Source: Lama glama | Taxonomy: Eukaryota | NCBI GenBank assembly: GCA_028534125.1 | Contig: CM052816.1 | Coordinates: 44,704,001 to 44,768,000, forward strand | Length of the DNA stretch: 64,000 bases | Reading direction: 5' to 3' | Part shown: piece after piece, positions 52,105 through 64,000 of the stretch | Layout: each line of letters begins with the position of its first letter | How positions within the stretch are numbered: the stretch's first letter is position 1 | Program-made: the position numbers and the translations under genes | Notes under the pieces: generated by a model | Told to the model about the DNA's origin: nothing | What the model saw: only the letters and a program-made list of their open reading frames with translations | The model's database searches: none

Positions 52105-52417
52105 GTGAGTTCACACACTAAGTGGCATCTTCAGAAAAAGACCAGCACTCATATTTTATGAAATGTGTAACATGATTTACCCAGGTTTGTCAGAAGAGAT
52201 GAATTTCAGCCAATGCAAGGTAATAAATAGTAGTATGTGCTGCATATATTTGACTTATAACCCTTGGCATTTTGAAACAAAGTTCTTTTGAAGAATTCAT
52301 TTTATACGTCATAAACTTTTCTATTGTTTTTCCTGTTTGGGCTGTCTTTGTCAACAGACTTCTTGTGAAAATATTATTTAAAATTGTAAATGAAGCAATA
52401 TTTTTGAGAATACTCAC

Positions 52418-52496
52418 CTAGGACTTTCTTTCCAGGGAACACTTGAAATAGGAAAGTTAGTAGTGTAGAATATGGTTGGTTTCATTAAATCAGAAC
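52418..52496 (-). other. Candidate internal exon (79 nt) of an unidentified transcript
   Basis: Minus strand: gttttcttttttattttcctgcctag|GTTCTG...TCCTAG|gtgagt; single open frame SDLMKPTIFYTTNFPISSVPWKESP, not recognised. Confidence 0.45.
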
Positions 52497-54711
52497 CTAG
52501 GCAGGAAAATAAAAAAGAAAACCCAGTAAGTTGTTTGTCCATGATTACGGGAAATTTGTTATTAAAGTTTAGTGCTATTTTTATCTTGTGAAACATTTAC
52601 TGTCTTTTAGAAATACAGAAAAACCATTTTGTTATATTTATTTTTACACATTTGGAGTGAAATTTGAAGGCTCAGAAAATGCACAGATGCAAATTTTTGA
52701 TTCAAGGCAGAACACTTTCCATTAAATATAAATTTAGCTTCTTTCCAGATTCCAAGAACCTAATGAATGCCTTACTTTGCTGTGGTCCAGCGGATAATTG
52801 CCACAGGATCATTCAGATAGTCACACATAGCTTTGCATTTCAGTTTACAGTTTCTTCTTTGTTTTCCTCCCGACACATAAACACACAAATATATTTTAGA
52901 GGTTCTCATATGTCCATTACAAGTATCTAGTTCATGTTTAGCACCATATTATAGCTATACATAAAACACACAAATTTGTTTAAAAACAAATTTTAAAATC
53001 TGCCACCCACACTTCTGTGTGTAAGAGTATATATTTCCAAATAATATCCATAGAGAGATTTCAATATCTGGTTATGTTCACAAAATACAAAATCACCCCA
53101 CACACACACTCATACCCTTTTGCCAAACACACATACACTTCCCATGTAATATGGACACTGCCCTTGAAACTGTGCCTGCTTTTTCCAGTCGTGATTCCAA
53201 TTTGAAGTTTCTCCTGGCATAGTCTCTTGAGTTCACAAAGGAAACTTGAAGCTGGCCCTTGTAACAAGGCCCCAGAGGCTCTGCACGTGCAGTAGCTCCT
53301 TACATCTCAATAACAGAAAATCAGACTTGGGAACAGACATGTCTTCTCAACCTTAGGGGGAATGTGAAGACCACTATTTGAATTATTCATTCAACAGAGA
53401 ACAGGAAGATTATGTGACCACAGCCCACCTTCATAACTGAACATTTTAACATCATTATAAAAAAACATGTATTATGTATCTGTTATGGTGCTGAGCCAGC
53501 CACTGTGTAAAATGAATTTATGAGAATTATATCCTCTATAAATTTCCAGTTAAGATACAACTGAATTTCTGTAAGACAGATAATGAACATCTATGTAAAT
53601 TCTATAAATATGTCTATAGATAAGTCAGCCAAAGGTGAAATGTGCACACCATATTTAACTGAACAAGTTTTCGGGGTTGTTTGCTTTTAATATCAGCTTT
53701 TCTAGACCAAGAAGTAATAGAATGCAATTTTAGTAATTGAGAGAGGAGTCAGAGCAAACAATAAACTTCAGTATCCTCCAATTTGAATGAGTTCCCAAGC
53801 TTTCAAATTTTATATATAATGAATATAAATTATTCCTAATTTCACCACTGTCACCAAAAAGGCTTTGACATAGGTCAGCAAGTTAACTTTGTGTAAGCTC
53901 CTCTAACTGAACGTAAATTGAGAAGGGAAATTAAGATTGTACCTGTGTTGACACTCAGATTGGCTAATCTAATAAACAGAGAATAGAAAAGAGAATCAGT
54001 AAAATAAATAGATAATTATAGTCAAGTACCCTGCATGGTGTGTTAAGAGAATTTAGAGAACATCTGTCTAGCTCCAACTGAAGATGTGCAGACTGTATTC
54101 CACAGGACAATCACACGTTACAGAGACCAAGAACAAACCTGGATGGACTACAGGAGTAAAGGTGAGGAATGGGAGTGATAAGAGGAGCGTGACACACACT
54201 GAGAACCTTGTGCAAAGTACAAGAGGCACAGGAAAATTTTGTCTCTTCTAAGAAGTACATGTGGAGGAAGAGTAAGGGAGGAGCAAAAAATTGGCATTAA
54301 TCATTGTAACTAGCACAACTGGCACAACCTTGGAAAGAATGAGCCTTTGTAACTAGGAAGACTGCCCTGTTTCTCACTTCAAATAAAAATATTAGCAAAA
54401 TGTTACAGCCAAAGATAAAGAATAAGGATGTATTGTTATTCTATATCCTCCATTTATTTAGATGAATTGATATTCTCAACACCTGAATATTTTCCTAACC
54501 TTCTCCAATGGACAGACAGGCAAGTTTGCAATAATGATAGCGGTCAACTTTACGCATCCCCTATTGCCCGAATTCCATCACTTATTCCTAGTTTACCAAT
54601 AATTGCTAATAATTAGAAGAGCAACTAAATCACCTTCTAGATTGAAGGATGAGTTAGTGTGTAGGGGCCATCAGTGACAGCATGTCAGCTCTGGTGAAAT
54701 GATTAAATCAC

Positions 54712-54860
54712 AATCTTGTAGTAACCTATAATGAAAAAGAATATGAAACCAAATGTATGTATGTCACGCATATGACTGAAACATTATGCTGCACACCAGA
54801 AATTGACACACTGTAAACTGACTATACTTCAGGTTTTAAAAAAGCAAAAAAAAAAAAAAA
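54712..54860 (+). mobile_element. Short young LINE-1 3' UTR stub with poly(A)
   Basis: atcttgtagtaacctataatgaaaaagaatatg...acaccagaaattgacac..gtaaactgactatacttc + A tail; no clear TSD. Confidence 0.9.
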
Positions 54861-55369
54861 GACCCAAAAAGGTATTTGGGATATTCCCAGAGTCAGACTG
54901 TAGGCAAACATTAGCACCCAATTACCTTCCTTTACTGTTCTCTAGAATCTAAAAGCCTGCCTGAAGATGGTTACACCAGAGAAATACTTTTTTAAAGGGC
55001 ACTGGCAAAAAAACTCAGATAAAACACTACTTTTGGCCAACCTGCATTGTGTTCTTAAATTATTTGTACTTTGGGTAATGAATCTTCTCTTGTTTTTTTG
55101 AAAGTTTATTAGGTGAATAATCTTTATTTTCAGTAAAACCAGAAAAAGGGGGGGGGTAACATTGAGAATGGGAATATAATATTTAAACAAAAAGATTTAA
55201 AATCTAATGTTTTAGCAGAAAACATCTCAGAAAAAGAATCCTCTGTAGATACATGACTCTATTACTTCAGGATTAGAACTTTAGGTCTGTTGACCCCAAG
55301 TGAAGTTGAAAAGTCAAAACCACTTCTCTCTCCTTTCTGCTCTTGTTTTCTTTCTTTGCAGTGCCTCAT

Positions 55370-55421
<52 letters not shown>
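55370..55421. repeat. (GATA)n tetranucleotide microsatellite, about 12-13 units, followed by GAAA repeats
   Basis: Perfect agat array seen directly. Confidence 0.97.
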
Positions 55422-55444
55422 AAGAAAGAGAGAAAGAAAGTTAA

Positions 55445-57480
55445 GAGTCCATCAAATTAAGGTCAATTAGGAATTAGTCAACTAAGATAGATCTGAAGAA
55501 ATTACAGAACATACAGTATGGAAAAAATTTAATTGAGAGCAAAATTATGAGACATAGAGTAAAGAGAGATTCAAAACTTATCAAAGAATTCTAAGAAAAG
55601 AAGAACTCTAGAAAAAGAGAATATACAGAATCTTGGAAAAGCAATGAGAATTTTCCAGAAAGACAAACTCCAGAGAAATGAAGAACAATAATCCTCAAGC
55701 AGGGAAAACAAAAAATAAACCAATATCAAGACACCTCAGTCAAATGTATAATGCTAAAGAAAAGACAATATTTTAAAAGCCAACAAACAATGCAACCATA
55801 ATTTTGAAGGTAAAGTGAAATCTAACAGCAATAGTGAAAGCCATAAATCATTGAAATGTTACATTTAAGTGATAAATCAGAAAGAATAGGATTATGTATC
55901 ATGAGAAATTATCTTTCAACAACAAGTGAAAAGAGCACTTTGGGGTAAATAACAATTGAGAGGCTTTGCTAGCACCAGACCTTCACTAAAGGAAAAAATC
56001 ATAGATGGATTTAGGAAGAAAGAAAATCAATGTAGAAAAAATGGTGAGCATGTGGATAAGTCTAACATGATGCTGGTGAAGTAAATAATATAACTGTCTG
56101 ACTTAGGAGGTTAAAAAGTAAAAAGAAAAAATCCTACCAAAATAGTGTGAAAATCCTGGGCAATAATACCATGTAACTTGAGAGGGAGGATGATTGGATT
56201 TAAAGCATTCTGAATTCTCTTTTAAGAGCTAGATTGGATTTAAAAAAAAAATCCCACTATATGCTATTTATAATAAACACTAGTAACCATGGCATTGAAA
56301 GATAGAAAATAAAAGGGTAGGAGAAATAATATACAAAAAAAACAGTAACCAGAGGAATATCAACACAACCTTTTCATTTTAGATAATATAAATTTTAGGG
56401 CAAAGCAATTAGTAGAGAGAAAGAGAAATGGCATATATTGATAATATGTTTAATTCACCAAGATACAATAATTCTAAAATGTTTCATGGCTTCTATATAT
56501 ATAAGTGAAGTTAATATAAGCATCCAATATAAGGAATTTGTAAAAGAATGACATAACAACCTAATAAACCCAAGGAAAGCAGATAATGAATCAACAAATT
56601 ACTATAGTATAAAATAAAGACACAATAGAGAAAATCAAACAACAAAGTCAAAAGTAGGTCCTATAAAAAGACTTCACTAACAATACTGAGACTCTTCTAG
56701 CAAGACTTATTAGGAATAAAATAAAAAGTAACAATTAAATAATATTAGAAATTAATAAAAGGATAATCTAAACACAGATGTAGTAGAAATTTCTAATAAC
56801 AGTAAATGAATGAATAACTTATGCTAGTATGTTTGAAAACATACAAAAAATAGACAAATTTCTAAATAATGTTACTAATTTGAACAGAAAAGAATCTGAA
56901 GAGTTCTATAACCAAAAAGAAAAACAATTGGTAATTCAAAATTGTCCTACAAAGAAAGCCACACATAGTTTTATAGGGAAGCTCTGCCAAACATTCAAAG
57001 AGCAGACAATTTCAATCCTACAGAACTTCTTTCACAGAATAGGAAAAGCATGAAGACTCTCAAATTCATTCTGAGGATATATCCCCTTCATACAAATTTA
57101 AAATTTTTTTTACAAAACTAAAGACCATTCTCACACATAAAAATTTATTCAAAAATTATAAAATTGTAAACTGAATACACACAGCAACATTGTTCAAATT
57201 AGTGAAACATTTAAACAACCTAAATACCTACAGACAAGAGAATGGATAATTTGTAGCTCCAGCATGATGGAGCACAGGGATATATGTATAAGATAAACCC
57301 ATAATAGAAAAGAGAGGAGCTATTAATAACCACAAATTTCAAGATAACAATAATTTCATTGGAGAAAGGCACATTATCAGAGATGAGAACTCACTAAGTT
57401 CCAAAGGTGTAGGTACTATTTTATTTCTTAATCTGAGTGGTGGGTACCCAGATATGAGTTTTGTGTGTCACATTTGAAGA
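55445..57480 (+). mobile_element. Ancient fragmented LINE-1 (L1M/L1ME-like)
   Basis: A-rich, with ORF1/ORF2 relics (atcccactatatgctattta, tgccaaacattcaaagagcaga, caaattcattct) and an L1ME-type end tttatttcttaatctgagtggtgggtac. Confidence 0.65.
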
Positions 57481-57676
57481 TACTAAATACCACATGGGAA
57501 AATTTAAATTTACAGGGTGTCTCATTTTCTAACTATCCATGCTATGAAACTAGATACACTATTATTTGTAACAATATTATGTGCTTATTATTAGAGCTTT
57601 GGGCATAGGTTTTCTCAATGTATAAGCATCACTTGATTTACTCATCAGAAATTGATATGTAATAATATTAAGAACA

Positions 57677-58007
57677 GGTTACCAGGGGAGAAAGGGGGTG
57701 GGAAGGTATAAATTGGGAGTTTGAGATTGGCAGATACTAACTACTATATATAAAATAGATAAACAACAAGTTCATACTATATAGCACAGGGAACTATATT
57801 CAATGTCTTGTAGTAACCTAGAATGGAAAAGAATATGAAAATGAATGTATGTATGTATATGTATGACTGAACATTATGCTGTACACCAGAAACTGACACA
57901 ACATTGTAAACTGACTATACTTCAATAGAAAAGAATAACATTAAATTTTAAAATGTTATGGTGACTTTGCATTTTATGAATAAACTCCACTTTGTTATGA
58001 AAAAAAA
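57677..58007 (+). mobile_element. Short young LINE-1 3' UTR with probable 3' transduction
   Basis: L1 3' UTR 57677-57925, then non-L1 sequence with AATAAA (57979-57984) and A8 (58000-58007); flanked by aagaacag at 57670-57677 and 58006-58013. Confidence 0.85.
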
Positions 58008-59948
58008 GAACAGTTTTCCAAGCTAAATAGCTACAGCATTTAATCTAACTTTACATTCTGAAGTTTTTAAGTTGTTACTTAACTAACAGTATCTATATTT
58101 TACATATTACTCAGTAGTTTTTCGCCTAGATTCTGACTTCAGTATACTCTGTCATATAAACAACTTCCATCTCCAGAATGTGTGCGTCCTGCATAAAACT
58201 ACATAAGCCCTAAATAATTAATTTACTGTCGGGCTACATATAGTATCCCTTCAAAGAGTCATGGACCCAAGAGTTCTTCAGGTTTACAATTTGTTAACAA
58301 GTAACAGAGCTCTTAGCTGAGTTTTTTTTAAAAGGAAACAAAAAAAAAAGTAGTTTTACTAAATAATTGCATACTTAACCCCGACTACAGTTCCACTTCC
58401 AAAGGCATTTAAACCACTATGACTAAATATTTTTCCTTTTCCTATTTTCCCTTGTAAATGTTTGAAAATGCTTTCTATGATAACTTTTCAAATGCTTTTA
58501 ATAACAATGATATAAATTCCATCTACTGTTAAATCCAAAAGAAAGTGACAATGTTTATAAATAATTTTTAAAATTCTGCCATATAATAGACTTTTTTCTC
58601 TTTTATATTAGGGAATTCAGAAGTCTAAAATGAAGCTCGACCTAAGATACTGAAAATATAAACATAATGACAAAACTGTCAACATTAACTTTTCCCAAAG
58701 GACTTGACAAACATCATATTTGGATGTTTCATTTATTGTCCTAGAATTTGGGGAGCGTTTTATTTATTTTTTCAAAAGTTACAGATTCTACTGGTTTAAA
58801 TAAATGCCTAATATGAGGACCTAAATATATTTGTGATCTTCACAATGGCCACAGTGTCCTTGTGGTATCCACAGCAAGCTCTTCGATCCCTTTATGTTTT
58901 TTTCTTTATGGACATAAAGAGAATTTTTAAAAGTATGACTTTTAATTGATAAATATTATTGTATACCCTAAAATAGAATTATTTCAAATATAATCATGCT
59001 AGGAATATTTGATAAATTTGCTTTGTCTTACAAACATTGAGATAATTTGTCCTACAAACAACTGAAAACAGGACTTGTTGTCTTTTACTATTATATTCCT
59101 TTTGTTGGTTGTATTTTAATGTGTTTTGGGCATGATAATAAACATTTCAAAACTGTATATAATGTGCTTTCTAGTGTCTGGTGCACTATAGCAATTAAAA
59201 GCAGTAGGATTGTTTACTTTCTTATTTGATGTCATCATAACTTGGATGCAAGCAGTTTTTTTCTTTAAAGTTGTACCCCCTCTCTTTAAGACCTCAGTGT
59301 TTGGTGCATTTTACACTATTAGTGTCTTATATAGGACATATATGATATAAATGAGAATTAATAGCCTATTTCTCTAAATCACAAGTTTTAATTCCAAAGT
59401 TTAATTTAAGAAAAGCATTGTTTCAAAAAAAAAAAAAGCAAAGCATTATTTCTATGACATGCAGCAGAAGAATAGCTCTAGAGGTTCATGTCAGTCATGC
59501 TAAACATAGTATCATTTTGGCCACCATCCAAATTCTGCTAGCAGTTTCACTGCCAAAATGAGGATGATAATTATGGAACACGTGCATGGGGACTACACGT
59601 ATGTATGTACACACATACAGGTTGAAGGACACACCCAGTGGTAAAGTCTCATGGATGTTTTCTAAGGTCGCTCCTAATGTGCAGAGATGGGTATTGTGCC
59701 TGAGTAACCTGTTGCTCGTGTGATGGTTTCATTTCCATTAGTGACCAGTATTTAGAGTTTGAAGCTAATGAGAAAAAGAATTTCGACCTAAATTTAAAAG
59801 TTTAAATTTAAATTTAATTTATCTCCTCAAAGAAGATAACCCTGACCATCAACTCAAGGATAAAAACCCCACACTGTGTACTAGAGGTTTCAAGTCTTCA
59901 CTTTTCATAGCATGCAAAATACAGAATTGTAATTATTTGTTGAATCAT

Positions 59949-60430
59949 TGTCTTAGGTTGGATTCTCTATAAGCAGAACCTGAAACAGGATTCATGAGGC
60001 AAGTAACTTATTTAAAGAGGGCTCTCAGAAGAAACCTCTACCGGAGGAAGGAAAACAAGGCAGCTAAGAAGAGAAAGTTTAGCAAAGATGTAGTTGAAGT
60101 TTAGCTTTGCCATGAGCCACAGGGGAGCTTTGGAACATAAATTGTGCCACAGAATATATCCTGCCTTGAAGTAAGGTAAGGTTATCAGACTTCCACATAC
60201 AGCATCAGTCATTCAATCAACAACTGCCTCAAGGCAGTGGAGAGGCAAGGGCTTAATTCCTAGACATCTCCAAGCAAGATGACTTAAGTATCCTCAGAAC
60301 AAAACTCCAAAAAAGGTTATACATGTGAGTCATAACTGCAAAATTCTACCATAGCAGTTGGGGTGGAGGCACAGCAACCAATAAAAAGGTCCTCAGGAGA
60401 TCTAGGTAGGGCACCAATGAGGCTGTGGCA
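59949..60430 (-). mobile_element. ERVL solo LTR (LTR16/LTR33 family)
   Basis: tgtcttaggttggattctctataagcagaacctgaaacaggatt...ttatt and ggagatctaggtagggcacca are reverse LTR16/33 termini. Confidence 0.7.
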
Positions 60431-60434
60431 ATAG

Positions 60435-60565
60435 CCCTTCTTCCCCTAAAACTAAAAGCTCAGTAATGGCAGAGGTGGTTAGGTGGCTTCACTCTTGTTC
60501 AGGGGTCGAATGATATCAGCACATACTAGAGACTCAAGAAATTTTTAAATAAATGAATCAATGGA
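60435..60565 (+). mobile_element. L2 3' end fragment
   Basis: agcacatactagagactcaagaaatttttaaataaatgaatcaatg. Confidence 0.5.
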
Positions 60566-60899
60566 ATCATCTGGCATTTGGCAAATTATGTTTCTACTTA
60601 CTTTAAATTCACTATCATCTTAATGAGAGTTAGCCCTGTGTATGGATTGCATGCATTGATACTCAGATATAATATTTGAGTATACAGTAAAGCCCAGTAG
60701 ATTAAGATATACATCACCTAATCCAGAATTGTTACTATGATTTTCAACTTAATCATTATTTTTCAAAATCTATTCATTCAGTATTTAGGTCAATACATTA
60801 CTTTTGTATGTAGTCAGGGCATGAATAATAGCTATTTATCTAGTAGGGTTTAGGTAAACAGTAAGGCAAAAAGATCTAAAAGTCAAAGATTTCTATTAT

Positions 60900-63190
60900 T
60901 TTGTTATGCTAACACATTTGTTAGCCAATGAATTCATGTTGGTTAATTTATGATTTGTGGCACATATAGTTATATGATTGTAATATTAATGTAATGCATT
61001 TTATACTGTTATTCACCTAAATTATGTCATAAAAATTTTAGTTTATCTACATGCCCTTCATATTTACAGTAATGAATATACAAATACATACATACATAAA
61101 CAAATATATATATGTACATTCTGTTGGATTGTATGGAATATTAGTGAAATATTTTACTACTAGATACTTTCATTTTGTTTATAACTTGCTGTCATTATTA
61201 AAGTCATAGTGAACATTTCTGGGGATATTTTTATTCTGTTTATTGTTTACTTGGGATAAATTAGGAATAAAAACATAATATTCAAGTCTAAAGTAATTTA
61301 ATTTCTCTGCCATATTGTTTTTTTGACAGGCTATATTAAATTATCAGTAAGTAGTAATGAATGAATAGGGCAATTTCTTTACAGTGTCCCCAGAAATGGA
61401 TGTTCTGGGTTTTGTTTATTTGTTTGATTCTACTCTGTAAAACAATATTTTTAAATTGCTTTATTTTAATTTCTTTGATAATTAGAGAAACCGACATTTA
61501 CCTCTGTCTTTTTACCAACTTATTTTCCTATTTATAAACTGTCATACTGGCCATTAATTTATGTGGAAACTTGAATCTTCCTTACAAATTTGAATATACA
61601 TTATCATTATCATTTTGAAGAAAATATCTATAAATTATATATAACTTAAATAGTAAACAATATAAACATTTTATTTAGGTTTTATTCCTTATTTCCCAGC
61701 AGATTAATATATATTTATACTTCATCATAATCTCTCCTCTTGAATTTTCTATTAATTCAAAACAAGAAAAATGTTATACCACCAAAGAGTTGTTAATTAT
61801 TCTATTCTATTATTTGATAATTTTTCTTTTGTTTAATTTTTGTTTATTGATTTTAACATTTATTTTAAATTCACTATTTTATGCACATACCATTTATTTT
61901 AAATTAGGACAGCAAGAGATGAAAGCAACATTTTCCCACAATTGTTCCAAACACACTTATATAATAATTCTGTTTTAATTTTGTCTAACTTAGAAAGTTT
62001 GTTATCACATAAGAAGAGTTGGTATATAATTAAATAATATTTCAAATCTTTACCTTATATTTCACTCAACATTCGAAATGTTGAACAAATTATGTAGTAT
62101 TTTATATATTGATGCTAAAATATATGTTTTACTGTCTGATGGAGAAGGTTGCTTTTATTATTATTTCATAATCCCACATATTTTTCCTAAATAAACATCT
62201 TCAAGTTTACATTTTATGAAAAATCACATTGCTAAGTTCAAATCAAATTTTGATGTATTTAAATTCGAATGTTTTATATGTACTTGCCAGAATTGGTTTT
62301 TTTGTTAATATAAAAGAGTCCTTTCCAGGAATATGTCTATATCTCCAATTATTCAAATTTTCATTTAAATCTTTTAGGATATTTCCATCTAAAATTTCCA
62401 TCTAAAGTTTCTCCACATATTAAAGTTCAATTTTATCCTTAAATATTTCATATATTTGTTATTCTGACCAGTTTCTCCTTATTGAAAATTACATTTTATA
62501 GCTGTGAATTACTAGGATATAAAAATAGAAGAAAATTTCTACCTTTTATTATGAGTAAATATTTATTAGTCTATGATGGATTTACATGCATATATTAAGT
62601 ATATAATTTCATATATATACACACATATATAAGATATATACATATATACACATTCCTAGCCAACATTTCTCATTTATTTTTTCCTTTGTTTGCATTTCAA
62701 GAAATCTAAATGCTTCACTAAAAATAAAGAAGTATTCTACTTGATTTTAAAATTAGTCCATTCCCTTTAAGATTCTGAAAACAGTTATATGGCTATTTTC
62801 TTAAAAATGCACACACGTAGAGTCAGACATACACGTACACAGAGAGATTTGTGCATAAATGTTGCTATTAATTGTAATACTGTTTTTCTATTTAGTAAGA
62901 AAGAATTTTTTCTTTTTATATTGTATGATGCATTTATTAGAATTCGGTTTTAAATTTTAGCTAGTACTTTTTTGGCATCAATTAAATTATTACATGTTAT
63001 TTTCTTATCTTACTTGTTGATGTGGTATTATGTTAAAATTTTTGATATTGATATTGATCCTTGGATTTCTAAGGAAGAAAAAACTTTTACTTGTTCACTG
63101 TGTAGTTTTCTTTAAGTATAGCAATTAAGTTTGAATCCTTAATACTTTATATAATAGTCAATCTCTTTATCAGTGAGATGAGTGAGATGT
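60900..63190 (-). mobile_element. Highly decayed ancient LINE-1 (L1ME-like)
   Basis: Very T/A-rich, with scattered reverse L1 relics (gtgaacatttct, ttaatttctttgataattag, cttttaggatatttc, tccttggatttct). Confidence 0.45.
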
Positions 63191-64000
63191 TGGTTTTGTC
63201 ATTAGAGAAGACAAAGTGCTGATGTACAGTGAGAAACTAGACAATTCAAGAAGCTATTTTAAAGGAAGACAGGAAAATATCAAAATATCAATGGAAAAAA
63301 TCAGGAAAATATCAAAGGCAGGAAAATAAATCATCCCAAAAGGCAAATATCACTCATAAGAACTTTTTCCTAGGGAAAGCACAGTGAAAAATAATTAAAG
63401 AATATTTTGTGTTAAATTATAATTGAGGATAAATATAACCATCAAAAATATTTTCAAGTAACTATCTCTGCAGTTGCCAACAATGAACAACAGACAGTGA
63501 ATCCTTTGAAGTCAGAGTACCCCTCCCCTTGTTGTTGCTGTAAATAAAAGAATGCTTTTGGAATCTGGTATTTCATTTCTAATTTTATTTTAATTATTTT
63601 CTTAGTTATCAAATTACTGGAAGCAGCTCATTTTTTATATAGTAAAATATCTGGTTCTTATTTGTATAATAATTCAATTATGGATACATTCTCTAAATAA
63701 GAAAAATATTCTGGATACCTCTAAAATGTGAGCGCATGCTTCTGAATGCTTGCAAGTAAAGTGCTCTTCATCTTGTCAGTGTTTTAAACTCCTATTCAAT
63801 TTCTGAAACATTTTTAATATAAAATCTGTCTTGATTCTACCTACAACCTTGCAGGAAGAGTTTTTTTCTCCTTCCCAATCTCAACTGTGTCTTTGTTTAT
63901 GTTAAACACAGTGGAAATACATAGACTTAAGAACTGAAAAAAAAAAAACTCAGATATTCAAATACTATATTCGCTGTTTAGTAGCAGTGTGAGACTGAAT

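Noticed and set aside
1070..61978. The many 60-155 aa ORFs in the six-frame track as protein-coding genes
   Set aside because: Those with recognisable similarity are L1 ORF1/ORF2 fragments or their antisense. The rest lie in LTRs or AT-rich DNA, often with non-ATG starts, and resemble no protein I recognise.
62380..63330. Short tandem duplications (tttccatctaaa x2; caggaaaatatcaaa x2-3)
   Set aside because: Ordinary slippage repeats in AT-rich decayed sequence, with no spacer regularity.
1..64000. Prokaryotic-type systems (CRISPR arrays, operons, defence islands, IS elements)
   Set aside because: The sequence is mammalian and repeat-rich, with no regularly spaced repeat-spacer array and no long dense ORFs.

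Overview
AT-rich, CpG-depleted placental-mammal genomic DNA, not prokaryotic. A tRNA-derived SINE resembling the camelid Vic-1 type, the form of the young LINE-1 3' ends, and the absence of Alu, B1, CHR, Bov-tA and PRE SINEs point to a camelid (inference). Much of the window is interspersed repeat. There are six young L1 insertions, all on +, one of them near full length with decayed ORF1/ORF2. There are also older L1M fragments, MaLR/ERVL/MER21 solo LTRs, MIR/L2 relics, hAT DNA transposons and microsatellites. No intact protein-coding gene is recognisable, and the ORF track is mostly L1 debris or chance ORFs. The notable signals are a short L1 with a probable 3' transduction, several well-formed but unassigned splice units (best: minus strand 52496-52418 and 8539-8352), a strand bias of young insertions consistent with an intron of a minus-strand transcript, and a few isolated regulatory motifs. 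I found no convincing new biological system. Repeat family calls come from recalled consensus similarity, and their boundaries are approximate.
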